NCBI GenBank assembly: GCA_018817165.1
Contig: JAHITY010000114.1
Coordinates: forward strand, 81,721 to 145,720
DNA length: 64,000 nucleotides
Source of the DNA: Candidatus Omnitrophota bacterium
GTDB lineage: Bacteria > Omnitrophota > Gorgyraeia > B26-G9
Direction: 5' to 3'
The notes beneath the pieces were generated by a model. The model made no database searches. It was not told where the DNA came from and was given only the letters and a program-made list of their open reading frames with translations. This document shows positions 28,470 through 38,360 of this stretch, one piece after another. The translations under genes and the position numbers were made by a program. The number at the start of each line of letters is the position of its first letter. Position 1 is the stretch's first letter.

Positions 28470-29249
28470 ATGAGTAACAAAAATAAAATTATAAGTTTCT
28501 TAAAATGGTCAAGAGTCGGAGCAATTGCTGTTTGTTTGATGATGATTGTTTCAACCCTGGCATTAGCCTCAGAAAATTTAAATGAGCGCGAATATGATAA
28601 AAAACAGGCATATTCTAATGGAATAAGCACTATGCCGCTGGCAACTCCGGAATATCTTCTTGATGTAAGTGATGTTATTGAAGTAGTTGTTTGGCGCAAT
28701 GAAGATTTAAGTAGAATTTTAAAAATTCGCCCAGACGGCAGGATATCACTTCCTTTAGCCGGAGAAGTAAAAGCTAGTGGACTTACTCCTAAGCAGTTAA
28801 GCGATGTAATTGCCGCGACCTTAGAGCGTAAATATATCCTCAATCCTCAGGTAACGGTTATTGTCCAGAAAGTTGAAAGCAAAACAATTATGGTATTGGG
28901 ACATGTTAATAAACCCGGGCAATACAATATTTCAGAAAAAGTTACAGCTTTGCAGGCTATTGCCAGAGCTGGCGGTAATTCTCAATTTGGTCATATGGAA
29001 AATGTGGTGGTTGTGCGTAATGCTTATGCGATGAAGCCAGCTATCTATAATATTGATTTACAGAGCGCGATGAATCAGGCGAATTATAGTAATGATATGC
29101 TTCTGCAGCCCGGAGATATTGTTTATGTGCCAAAGAATTTCTTGGGTAAAATCGACGATGTTATGGGATTTTTCAGACTTAATATTCAACCTACATTAAG
29201 TTCTTATTTACAGTATAGAACTTTGGAAGCAGTGGAAGATAATAATTAA
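28470..29249 (+). CDS. Polysaccharide export (OPX/Wza-like) protein
   Basis: Signal peptide, IRPDGRISLPLAGEV.ASGLT, P.VTV, SLBB VLGHVNKPG, LQPGDIVYVP. Confidence 0.9.
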   Translation: MSNKNKIISFLKWSRVGAIAVCLMMIVSTLALASENLNEREYDKKQAYSNGISTMPLATPEYLLDVSDVIEVVVWRNEDLSRILKIRPDGRISLPLAGEVKASGLTPKQLSDVIAATLERKYILNPQVTVIVQKVESKTIMVLGHVNKPGQYNISEKVTALQAIARAGGNSQFGHMENVVVVRNAYAMKPAIYNIDLQSAMNQANYSNDMLLQPGDIVYVPKNFLGKIDDVMGFFRLNIQPTLSSYLQYRTLEAVEDNN

Positions 29250-29270
29250 TACCTAAAAAGGGGATAAACC

Positions 29271-30935
29271 GTGAAAGATAAAAATCAAGATAAAAAAGAT
29301 GTAGATTTAGTAGATGTCCTGGAGATTATTAAAAGAGGCAAGCTGATTATTACGGCTTCGGTAATCCTGACATTGGCAGCAACTTTTTTTGTCACAAAAG
29401 TGTTGATTACTCCGGTTTATCAGACAAGCGCGAAAATTCTGATTCGCGAAGAAAAGCTTAATCCTAAAGATGATTTTCCTATATATGAAACTGGTTCACA
29501 ATTCGCGATCACCCAAGGGGAGATCATTAAAAGTAAAAATGTGATCAGTAAGGCTTTAGAAAAAATAGATCTGACTGCCAAAGCTTTGAGCGGCATAGAT
29601 AAAAAATCGCTTAATATTAGTGAACTCCAGAAAAATATAGATATCAATCTTCTTGAGAGCACTAATGTTTTAGAACTTAAGATTGAACAAAAAAATCCGC
29701 TATTTGCCGCGGAATTGGCTAATTCTATTGCCCAAACTTATATTGATAATAGAGCCAGCATGAAAAATAATACTGTAGCTCAGATCATTGCTTCATTGGA
29801 AAATGAAGCTCAGACAGCGAAAACAGGTTTTATTGAAGTGGAGAATGAATTAACTCAAATCGCCAGCCAGGATAATATGATTATGATATCCGGGTCTGAT
29901 ATGGTTTTGGATTTGCAGAAATATGCTGATGCGGATATGCATTTAATTAATGCAAACGGGGACATTGAAATGGTTGATGCCCAGATCAATGCGATCAGGC
30001 AGAGTATTAAGCAGCAGAAAAATCCCGAAGAACTTAACTTGAAATTTATTGCGAATAGTGATATTATAAACGACCTGAAATCTCAAATCCGTTTAGCTGA
30101 TTTAAAGCTGGAATTACTAATGAGTCAGTTCAGTCCTAATCATCCTGATGTGGTTGTCGCTACAGCGGCTATTGCTATACTTAAGGCTGATATTGCTCAG
30201 GAAGCGGATAGAATTATTAAAGCGGAAGTTGAATTTTTAGAAACAGAGAAAAAATCTTTAGTTAGTAAAAAAGAAGTTTTGCTGACTGCTTATAAAAAGC
30301 AAACTGATCGTTTGGATAAAGTAATCAAAAATCAGCCAAAATTAGCAATGCTCAAACGTGATGTAGAAATGAAACGTTCGATTTATAGTGATCTTATGGA
30401 AAAACTGCAGGAAGTTAGGGTCCTCCAGCATAGAACAAGACTGTTGCCGGATGCGGAGATAATTGAATTAGCTGAAGTTCCTGCGCAACCAGCAAAACCG
30501 AGCTTATTGAAAAATTTATTACTGGGATTAGTTGCGGGCCTAACTATGGGATTTGCTTTGGCTTTAATGTTTTCGGTTTCCGCTCAAACCGAGGATAAAT
30601 CAGAGGCTAAAAAATTACAAGATATAGAAAGGAGGACTTCAAGGAGGACTAAAAGCGCGCATAAGGTTACTTGTAGTGTTGTTGGTGAAAAAAAGGAATA
30701 TGTTTGCTGGAGTAATGATGTTGGTTCTGCGGGAATGAAGATAATTACCGATGAGAAGTTAAAGGAAAATAATATACTTAAATTTGAAATTCATAGAGAT
30801 AAGATGAAGCCGATTGTTGGTAATGGTATGGTAGTTTGGACATCACCGGTTTCGAAGAACGGCAGTAATAATAGTTATGCGTCAGGGATAAAGTTTTATG
30901 ATGTAGAGCTGGATATTAATAAAGAAAAAGCGTAA
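29271..30935 (+). CDS. Polysaccharide co-polymerase (Wzc/Wzz-like) with C-terminal PilZ domain
   Basis: DLVDVL..TM..PVYQTSAKI, coiled coils, PNHPDV, P..PAKPS + Gly-rich TM; C-terminal ERRTSRR...NDVGSAGM...VVW...GIKF; no Walker A or Tyr cluster. Confidence 0.85.
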   Translation: MKDKNQDKKDVDLVDVLEIIKRGKLIITASVILTLAATFFVTKVLITPVYQTSAKILIREEKLNPKDDFPIYETGSQFAITQGEIIKSKNVISKALEKIDLTAKALSGIDKKSLNISELQKNIDINLLESTNVLELKIEQKNPLFAAELANSIAQTYIDNRASMKNNTVAQIIASLENEAQTAKTGFIEVENELTQIASQDNMIMISGSDMVLDLQKYADADMHLINANGDIEMVDAQINAIRQSIKQQKNPEELNLKFIANSDIINDLKSQIRLADLKLELLMSQFSPNHPDVVVATAAIAILKADIAQEADRIIKAEVEFLETEKKSLVSKKEVLLTAYKKQTDRLDKVIKNQPKLAMLKRDVEMKRSIYSDLMEKLQEVRVLQHRTRLLPDAEIIELAEVPAQPAKPSLLKNLLLGLVAGLTMGFALALMFSVSAQTEDKSEAKKLQDIERRTSRRTKSAHKVTCSVVGEKKEYVCWSNDVGSAGMKIITDEKLKENNILKFEIHRDKMKPIVGNGMVVWTSPVSKNGSNNSYASGIKFYDVELDINKEKA

Positions 30936-30980
30936 TCATCTTAAATTTTAAACAATTATATTTTATATTAAGGAGTCAAA

Positions 30981-31646
30981 ATGTCAACCGGAATCAATAT
31001 CGCAATTCCCAAAACAGAGGTAAAACTCGAGGATTGTTTTGCGGGTATTAATCAAAGATTTTATGAGTTTCTTAAAAGAAGCATGGATATATTCGGCAGT
31101 GCTCTTGCGCTGACCTTGGCCATGCCATTGATGCTGTTTATCGCGATTTTAATCAAGCTTACTTCTCCTGGCCCGATTTTTTATAAGCAGCAGCGCTGCA
31201 CTAAAAACGGTAAAGAATTTTGGTTGTATAAGTTTCGCTCTATGCCGGATAATATTGAAAATGGAAATGGACCTAAATGGGGAAAAACTGATGATCCCAG
31301 ATGCAATAATTTTGGCCGAATTTTGCGCTTATTACTTATTGACGAATTGCCTCAATTAATCAATGTTTTAAAAGGTGATATGAGTTTGGTTGGACCCAGA
31401 CCGGAAAGACCATTTTTTATAGAAAAATTTAGAAAGAGTGTTAAAGATTATGATTTGCGTCACAATATCAAAGCCGGGCTTACTGGTTGGGCGCAGGTTA
31501 ATGGGTATAGAGGCAATACTTCGATAGTAAAAAGAATTGAACATGATCTTTTTTACATGGAAAATAGATCTATATGTTTTGATCTTAAAATAATTCTGAT
31601 GACTCCATTTTCTATCCGACTGGCTAAATTAAAGTCAAAACAATAG
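30981..31646 (+). CDS. Initiating phosphoglycosyl transferase (WcaJ/PglC-type bacterial sugar transferase)
   Basis: KRSMDI, YKFRSM, DELPQLINVLKGDMSLVGPRPE, GLTGWAQVNG. Confidence 0.93.
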   Translation: MSTGINIAIPKTEVKLEDCFAGINQRFYEFLKRSMDIFGSALALTLAMPLMLFIAILIKLTSPGPIFYKQQRCTKNGKEFWLYKFRSMPDNIENGNGPKWGKTDDPRCNNFGRILRLLLIDELPQLINVLKGDMSLVGPRPERPFFIEKFRKSVKDYDLRHNIKAGLTGWAQVNGYRGNTSIVKRIEHDLFYMENRSICFDLKIILMTPFSIRLAKLKSKQ

Positions 31647-31940
31647 AATGATATTGTATTGATCAGAGTGTAGATGAATTTCACTCCAGGGTTGGGTTTG
31701 TTATGCATATCCTTTTTTCTGCAATATAAGCGTATTTTAATATGCTTAATCAGGGTAAATATTCTTGATCTGATTAAATTAATAAACTATCTAAATTCTT
31801 CTAAACCCTCTCTAAAGGGAAAAAGCAAATTATTGATGTTATTCTAGCTGGATGTTATAATAATTCAATATGTTATGTTTAAAATAAGTATAATATAATT
31901 TTTTTATAAATCGAGCAGAAATAAATTTGAAAAATATATT

Positions 31941-33368
31941 ATGAGTTTAAGACAGAAAACAATTCAAGGTTTGTGGTGGGGATTTGGCGCCAGGGTCTTT
32001 ATTCAGTTAAGCCAGTTTATTATTATGGCTGTTTTGGCGCATCTTCTGAGTCCAAGTGATTTTGGGCTTATTGGCATGGTCACAGTTTATTTTGGTTTTG
32101 CTTTGATGTTTGGGGAATTAGGAGTTAGCGCGGCTTTGATTCAAAGCCAAAAAGTCAATCAGGATCATTTTTCCTCAGCCTTTTGGATAAATCTTCTGGC
32201 TGGGATAACTCTGAGTTTAATTTTTTTATTAAGCGCTCCATTTATCGCGGGGTTTTATGCCAAACCAGAATTAATTAAGTTGATCCGGGTGATATCAATC
32301 AGCTGTTTTATTTCCTCTTTTTCAATTGTTCAATCAGCAATATTAAGAAAAGAAATGAATTTCAAAGCCATTGCTTTGGCCGAAAGCGCGGCGATTTTAA
32401 TTGCGGGAATACTCGGAATTTTCGCGGCCCTCAATGGTAAAGGGGTCTGGAGTTTGGTTTTTCATTTCATGAGTTTTATTTTTATCAAGAGTGTGCTTGT
32501 ATGGTTTTTTTCTCCCTGGCGGCCAAAATTTTTATTTTCTAAAACAGCGATTAAGGATATTTTTAGTTTTAGTATGAATATGACGGGGCTGAATATTGTG
32601 GAATATTTCGCCCGGAATATTGATTATTTATTAGTCGGCAAATTTCTCGGCGCCGGAGCATTGGGTTTGTATACTTTGGCTTATAAATTTATGCTTTATC
32701 CCTTACAGAATATCTCTAATGTCATCGGAGGGGTAATGTTTCCGGCTTTTTCTAAAATTCAGGATGATCTGGAGAAAGTTCGGGCAAATTATTTAAAAAT
32801 GGTCAAAGCGATTGCTTTGATTAGTTTTCCTTTAATGCTCGGCATGTTTGTGCTTGCCCCGGAATTTATCCGGATTGTGTTTGGGATTAAATGGGAACAA
32901 GCTATTCCGATAGTAAGGATATTAAGTTTTTGCGGGATGCTTCAATCTATTGAGGCTACAGTAGGCGATATCTTTCGTTCTCAAGGCAGAAGTGATATTC
33001 ATTTCAGACTACAGGTTGTGGGAACAATTATTGTTTCTCTGTGTATTTCAATTGGTTTAAAATGGGGCATAAAAGGAGTTGCTTGTTTGTATGCTTTGTA
33101 TAATTTTGCTTGGGTTCCTTATTTGATATCCCGATCAAATAATTTGATTAAATTAGCAAATAAACACTTAATCAAAGCAATTTATCCCGGGTTGTTAATA
33201 TCAGGATTAATTGCAGGATTGTTGAGTTTGATTAAATATTTTATTATTGCTTCGGATCTGTATATTTTACTTTTAGCCGTAGCATTGGGAGCGATTTTTT
33301 ATTTAGTTTTGCTGCTGTTCACAAAAAATATTTTAATCAGCAATAAGCGATTAGTATTGAACATTTAA
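31941..33368 (+). CDS. Wzx (WzxC-like) MOP flippase
   Basis: LLSPSDFGL, many TM segments, DYLLVGKFLGAGALGLY. Confidence 0.9.
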   Translation: MSLRQKTIQGLWWGFGARVFIQLSQFIIMAVLAHLLSPSDFGLIGMVTVYFGFALMFGELGVSAALIQSQKVNQDHFSSAFWINLLAGITLSLIFLLSAPFIAGFYAKPELIKLIRVISISCFISSFSIVQSAILRKEMNFKAIALAESAAILIAGILGIFAALNGKGVWSLVFHFMSFIFIKSVLVWFFSPWRPKFLFSKTAIKDIFSFSMNMTGLNIVEYFARNIDYLLVGKFLGAGALGLYTLAYKFMLYPLQNISNVIGGVMFPAFSKIQDDLEKVRANYLKMVKAIALISFPLMLGMFVLAPEFIRIVFGIKWEQAIPIVRILSFCGMLQSIEATVGDIFRSQGRSDIHFRLQVVGTIIVSLCISIGLKWGIKGVACLYALYNFAWVPYLISRSNNLIKLANKHLIKAIYPGLLISGLIAGLLSLIKYFIIASDLYILLLAVALGAIFYLVLLLFTKNILISNKRLVLNI

Positions 33369-33402
33369 AATAATTTGGAAAAGCAAAAGGAGCGTTTATC
33401 TA

Positions 33403-34182
33403 ATGGATGATAAAAAGTGGCAGAAACATTTGGGCGAAGAACCATATGCTTGTGGACAAGAAAGTGTGGATCGTCCTTATGAAGAAAAGGTAGCTCTTTC
33501 TGCGCGAGTACTTATTTTTGTTCCTTCAGAAGCAAAAAATGTGCTTGTGGTTGGATGCGGAGATGGGACAGAAGTTAAATGGCTGGTTGACCGCGGGTTT
33601 GATTCACGAGGAGTTACCCGGAATCAATCAGAAGTAATCAATGCTAAAAAACGCTATGGCGTGGATATTGAAGTCGGAGACATGCATGAATTGCCTTATC
33701 CGGATAAACAGTTTGATTGTCTTGTGGCTAAAGATGTTTTTGAACACGCGATTGCTCCGACGATTGCTTTAAGGGAATTCTATCGGGTGCTTAATGATTA
33801 TGGATTACTGATATTAACCATGCCTTCGATGGAATGGGCTGATGAATTTTATCATCACAGTGTATTAACCCATAAACAAATGCGGATTATGTTTGAGAAA
33901 CATTCTTTTGAGCTTTTGGCCGGGCCGGGAATTAAACCAAAAATTCCGTTAAAGTCGCCGATTATCATTCCTTTGGGTTTGAAACAAGGGCATATTGATG
34001 TGTTTATCGCTAAAAAGTTAAAGTATAAACCAGCTGATTTCGCGATTGATGTTCAGCAAATTCAGCAAATTCCCTATGTCCGATTTTTAAAAAGCATATA
34101 CAAGCATTGTCCTGCTCCAATCGCAAAATTATTCAGAGGAATTTATAATCAGCTATTGATGTTTAAGGCCAGGTTTTATTAA
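33403..34182 (+). CDS. Class I SAM-dependent methyltransferase
   Basis: VLVVGCGDG, GDMHELPYPDKQFD, FEH, RVL..YG. Confidence 0.85.
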   Translation: MDDKKWQKHLGEEPYACGQESVDRPYEEKVALSARVLIFVPSEAKNVLVVGCGDGTEVKWLVDRGFDSRGVTRNQSEVINAKKRYGVDIEVGDMHELPYPDKQFDCLVAKDVFEHAIAPTIALREFYRVLNDYGLLILTMPSMEWADEFYHHSVLTHKQMRIMFEKHSFELLAGPGIKPKIPLKSPIIIPLGLKQGHIDVFIAKKLKYKPADFAIDVQQIQQIPYVRFLKSIYKHCPAPIAKLFRGIYNQLLMFKARFY

Positions 34183-34208
34183 AATTAAATTTATTGCATA
34201 AGGGGAAA

Positions 34209-35687
34209 ATGAAAGAAAATATAAAAAAAATAGTTTTAATTAATCCACCTTGGATTTTTGCGCATGAACGGGAGATAGTCCTTTCGCAAAATTTAGGTTT
34301 GGGCTATTTGACGGCATATCTATTAAAACATGGTCATCAGGTTGAGATTATTGATGCTCTTTGTGAGGGTATTAATAATTATCAAAAGATAAAAAGTAAT
34401 GATCAGCCATTTTTACAAGTAGGTTTAGATTATCAGCAAATAGTCAAAAGAATCCCTTTGGACACAGATTTTATCGGGATTTCCGCTCCCTTTACCAATA
34501 ATGCGAAAATAGTCAAGCAATTAGCACATGTAATAAAAGAAAGTTTCCCGGAGATTCCAATTATTATGGGTGGGGTATATCCGTCATTGACTCCTTATGA
34601 TGCATTTTGCGAAAAGATTGAATATTATGTCATCGGCGAGGGGGAAAAGGCTTTGCTTGATTTGGTTAATGGGCAAGAGCCAAATCAGATTAAAGGAGTG
34701 CTTTGTTTTGGTAAGTCTAAAGGCTTTGAAGCTGGACAAATAATTGAAAATTTAGATCAGCTGCCTTTTCCGGCACGCGATAAATTGCCGATGAGTAAAT
34801 ATGTTAATTTTCATTCTCCCCGCAGGCTGCAACTTAAAACCGGATCAATAATCACTTCACGCGGCTGTCCGTTTGACTGTACTTTTTGTTCAATTCATCG
34901 GATTACCGGTTATAAATGGCGAATGCGCTCAGCGGAAAATGTTTTAGCGGAAATTCGGGAATTAGTTGAGAAATATGGGGTAGAGCATATTGAGTTTGAG
35001 GATGATAATCTTACTCTTGATAAGCAGAGGGCATTGGCAATATTTGAGGGGCTTATAAAAATAAACAAAGAACTTAAGCCTTTATCTTGGTCAACGCCCA
35101 ATGCAGTGCGGATTGATACGCTAGATCGGGATTTATTGGAAAAAATCAAGCAGTCGAATTGCCTGTCTTTGAATTTCGCGATTGAGTCTGGGGATCCGGA
35201 ATTATTAAAAAAGATGAATAAAAAACTTGATTTGAATACTGTCTTAGAAATGACAAGATTATGCAAAGCATTAAATATTAAAATGAATGCTTTTTTTATG
35301 ATCGGTTATCCCGGAGAAGACCAGGCAAGTTTTCAGAAAACTTTAAGTTTTATTAAGGAAATAAAAATAATCGGCGTGGACAATGTTTATACGACCATCA
35401 CGCGCGCTTATCCTGGTACAAAGCTCTATGAATTTTGTGAAAAAAATAATTATATTACAATTAAAGATAAGCAAATAAACACTTATTTGGGCAATGCGAT
35501 TACTCCGGAAAATCTGATTGTTACTCCGGATTTTGATAAAAAAGTTTTGCTTAAGAGATTAGCTTTGGTGGAAAAAGCGGTATATCCATGGTATCTGCGA
35601 TTTTATCATCGGTACGCGTATTTGATAAAAAAAATAATTCCAATTAATATGATAAAATATATAAAAAAGTTGATTGATGAAAAATAA
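34209..35687 (+). CDS. B12-binding radical SAM protein #1
   Basis: LINPP, LGLGYL, GGVYPS, GEGE, TSRGCPFDCTFC, EDDN, ESG; ATG 34209 with AGGGG RBS. Confidence 0.9.
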   Translation: MKENIKKIVLINPPWIFAHEREIVLSQNLGLGYLTAYLLKHGHQVEIIDALCEGINNYQKIKSNDQPFLQVGLDYQQIVKRIPLDTDFIGISAPFTNNAKIVKQLAHVIKESFPEIPIIMGGVYPSLTPYDAFCEKIEYYVIGEGEKALLDLVNGQEPNQIKGVLCFGKSKGFEAGQIIENLDQLPFPARDKLPMSKYVNFHSPRRLQLKTGSIITSRGCPFDCTFCSIHRITGYKWRMRSAENVLAEIRELVEKYGVEHIEFEDDNLTLDKQRALAIFEGLIKINKELKPLSWSTPNAVRIDTLDRDLLEKIKQSNCLSLNFAIESGDPELLKKMNKKLDLNTVLEMTRLCKALNIKMNAFFMIGYPGEDQASFQKTLSFIKEIKIIGVDNVYTTITRAYPGTKLYEFCEKNNYITIKDKQINTYLGNAITPENLIVTPDFDKKVLLKRLALVEKAVYPWYLRFYHRYAYLIKKIIPINMIKYIKKLIDEK

Positions 35688-35838
35688 GGATTTTTCTATA
35701 GAGAATTATACGGTATGTAATTTATCGACACCGAAGAGGCGATTGTTTTTAATTCGCAAGATCCGCGGTTATTTATTGCCGTTAAGGGCAAAAGAAGATA
35801 TTATTATTGGGAAAAATGAAAAACACGGAGCTAGTTAA
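35677..35838 (+). pseudogene. 53-aa ORF filling the gap between two radical SAM genes; possible internally deleted gene remnant
   Basis: MKNKDFSIENYTVCNLSTPKRRLFLIRKIRGYLLPLRAKEDIIIGKNEKHGAS; overlaps the upstream stop and ends 3 nt before the next ATG. Confidence 0.4.
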
Positions 35839-35841
35839 TAT

Positions 35842-37353
35842 ATGAAAATTACATTTATTTATCCGGATGTGATCGGCAGTGCCAATTATACCGGTATCTT
35901 TAATTTGGGGATCGGGCTTTTATCCGGGGTATTAAAAAAAGCGGGATTTCAGACATCTTTAATTCATATTAGTCAGCCGATTACGAAAATTGATTTTATC
36001 CGGCAGCTAAAAAGAGAAAACGCTGATCTTTATGCGTTTTCGACAACGACTCCGATGTTTAATTTTGTTCAGGATTGGGCTCAGTGGATCAAGGAAAATG
36101 ATCCCAGTAAATTAATCCTGGTTGGCGGAGTGCACGCGATTTTAAATCCAGAAGAGGTGTTTTCTTGCCCGGCAGTTGATTTTGTTTGTACCGGAGAAGG
36201 GGAATATCCTATTTTAGCACTTTGCAATGCTTTAAAACATAAGCAGGCTGTTCAAGGTATCAATGGCTTATGGACTAAAGAAAAAGGCAAGATTATCAAA
36301 ACTCCAAATCAAGCTTTGATCAAGGATCTGGATCAATTGCCATTTGCTGATAGAACTATTTTTAATTATAAGAACTTGATGGAAGGCAAAGAACAAATGT
36401 TTTTTGTCATGGCTTCACGCGGCTGTCCGTATAATTGTCCTTATTGCTGCAATCAAAGTATTCGGGAGAGTATTGCGGAGAATCAATCATGGGTAAGGTT
36501 TCGCAGTGTGGATAATGTGATTCAGGAAATTCAGCAAGTTTTAAAGCTTTACCCCCAGACGAAATTTATTGGTTTTTATGATGATATTTTGGCTTTAAAA
36601 AAAGATTGGTTTGCTGAGTTTACCGAAAAATATAAAAAATATATAAAATTACCATTCCGCTGTAATATGCGGGCGAATTATTTGGCTAAGGAAGAAATTA
36701 CTCGGATGATGTATGAGGCTGGTTGTCGAAGAGTTATTATTGGTTTAGAAAGCGGCAATGAAGGTTTGCGCAATGGAATTTTGCAGCGAAATATGTCAGA
36801 GGCTGTTATTTTGGAATCAGGTAGATTATGTAAAAAATACGGGATTGAATTCGCGACTTTTAATATGGTGGGATTGCCGGGTGAAGGCGCGGCTGAAATT
36901 CTGGACACAGTAAAGCTCAATGCCCGTTTAAATGCTGATTTTACTTATACATCGATTTTCTATCCTTTTGCCAAAACCGCTTTGCACGCATTGTGTGAAG
37001 ATAAAAAGCTATTAACGGATCGGATTATTACTGATTATGTTGAGGGCAGTATGCTTGATTTTGATCATCCGACTATTTGCCGGATAATCTTTGTCCGCAA
37101 CTTTTTCCGGCCATTAATGAATCTCTACAGATTGATTTATAAGCTGCCCAAAAGAATAAAAAAATACGCGGAGAAAATAATTGATCTTTTTTTAGGTTCA
37201 AAAATAATTGCAGTTACCTTGTTTGCCGCGGTCAATTTTTTATTTGCTACTGTGCGGGATAATAAGATTCTAGCTGGGTTTATCAATTGGCTTAAAAGAA
37301 TCGGAAAATCAAGAAAAATATCAATGTTCAATTCCAGTTTAAAGAAGAGCTAA
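35842..37353 (+). CDS. B12-binding radical SAM protein #2
   Basis: GGVHA, GEGE, ASRGCPYNCPYC, DD, GLESG, MVGLPGE. Confidence 0.9.
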   Translation: MKITFIYPDVIGSANYTGIFNLGIGLLSGVLKKAGFQTSLIHISQPITKIDFIRQLKRENADLYAFSTTTPMFNFVQDWAQWIKENDPSKLILVGGVHAILNPEEVFSCPAVDFVCTGEGEYPILALCNALKHKQAVQGINGLWTKEKGKIIKTPNQALIKDLDQLPFADRTIFNYKNLMEGKEQMFFVMASRGCPYNCPYCCNQSIRESIAENQSWVRFRSVDNVIQEIQQVLKLYPQTKFIGFYDDILALKKDWFAEFTEKYKKYIKLPFRCNMRANYLAKEEITRMMYEAGCRRVIIGLESGNEGLRNGILQRNMSEAVILESGRLCKKYGIEFATFNMVGLPGEGAAEILDTVKLNARLNADFTYTSIFYPFAKTALHALCEDKKLLTDRIITDYVEGSMLDFDHPTICRIIFVRNFFRPLMNLYRLIYKLPKRIKKYAEKIIDLFLGSKIIAVTLFAAVNFLFATVRDNKILAGFINWLKRIGKSRKISMFNSSLKKS

Positions 37354-37355
37354 AT

Positions 37356-38360
37356 ATGCAAAGTTCAGAAATATTAATATCCGTGATTATCCCTTGTAAA
37401 AATGAAGAGAAGAATATTCTCCGCTGTCTTGGTTCGATTATCGCTGAGCTTAAAAATATCGGTAGGTCAGAGGTTCTGGTTATTGATTCGCGTTCCACGG
37501 ATAAAACTGTGGAGAAAGCTAAGCAGTTTCCGGTCAGTATCGTGCAGCTTAAAGAAAATTGGGATATCAGTCCTGCGGCAGCAAGATATGTGGGCTGTCT
37601 GCATACAATCGGAAAATATCGTTTGTTCATTGATGGGGATATGGAACTTATCCCCGGATTTTTGGGCCAAGCCATAGATTTTCTGGAAAAGCATAAGCAG
37701 GTTGCGGGCGTAGCTGGTCTAGGTTCTGAGTTTTATATTGAAGGCGGGAATCTGGAAAATATGTATAAACGAAAACAGTCAATTGCCGAAGTTGATGTCT
37801 TGGCCGGAGCCGGATTATTTACTGGCGCGGCGCTTAAAGCAGTGGGTTATTTTAATCCATTCTTAAAAGCCGAAGAAGAACATGAACTTGCGCAGAGATT
37901 AAAAAAAGCGGATTACAGCTTATTTACTCTGCCGATTCCAATGATCAAGCATTATACATCCAAAGGCATGGGTAATTTTGAACGCAGATTAAAAGCTGGG
38001 ATGTTCAAAGGAATTGGTCAGATGTTTCGCCTGACTTTAGAGCTGCAAACATTTTCCTTAAAATATTTTTTAGGGTTTAAATCATTTATTAGTTTTATCC
38101 TCCTGCTCATCGTTTTTATGGTAGCGCTATCCAATTTATTGTTTTTAGGTAATTCTTTGTTATTACAGGGAGTTGCCGGATTTATGGTATTAATATTGCT
38201 GATTTCCTGCTATAGTAAAAAGGGAATAAAATCAGGGATTTTAAGTTTTTATAAAATTTTTTTAATTAATCTCCAGATTTTTTCAGGTTTGTTTTACAAA
38301 ACTCCGGAAATCAGTAATTATCCAAATGATATTATAGTAATAAAAAAAGAGGGAGTATGA
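37356..38360 (+). CDS. GT2 glycosyltransferase with C-terminal TMs
   Basis: ISVIIPCKNEE, IDSRSTD, FIDGD. Confidence 0.88.
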   Translation: MQSSEILISVIIPCKNEEKNILRCLGSIIAELKNIGRSEVLVIDSRSTDKTVEKAKQFPVSIVQLKENWDISPAAARYVGCLHTIGKYRLFIDGDMELIPGFLGQAIDFLEKHKQVAGVAGLGSEFYIEGGNLENMYKRKQSIAEVDVLAGAGLFTGAALKAVGYFNPFLKAEEEHELAQRLKKADYSLFTLPIPMIKHYTSKGMGNFERRLKAGMFKGIGQMFRLTLELQTFSLKYFLGFKSFISFILLLIVFMVALSNLLFLGNSLLLQGVAGFMVLILLISCYSKKGIKSGILSFYKIFLINLQIFSGLFYKTPEISNYPNDIIVIKKEGV

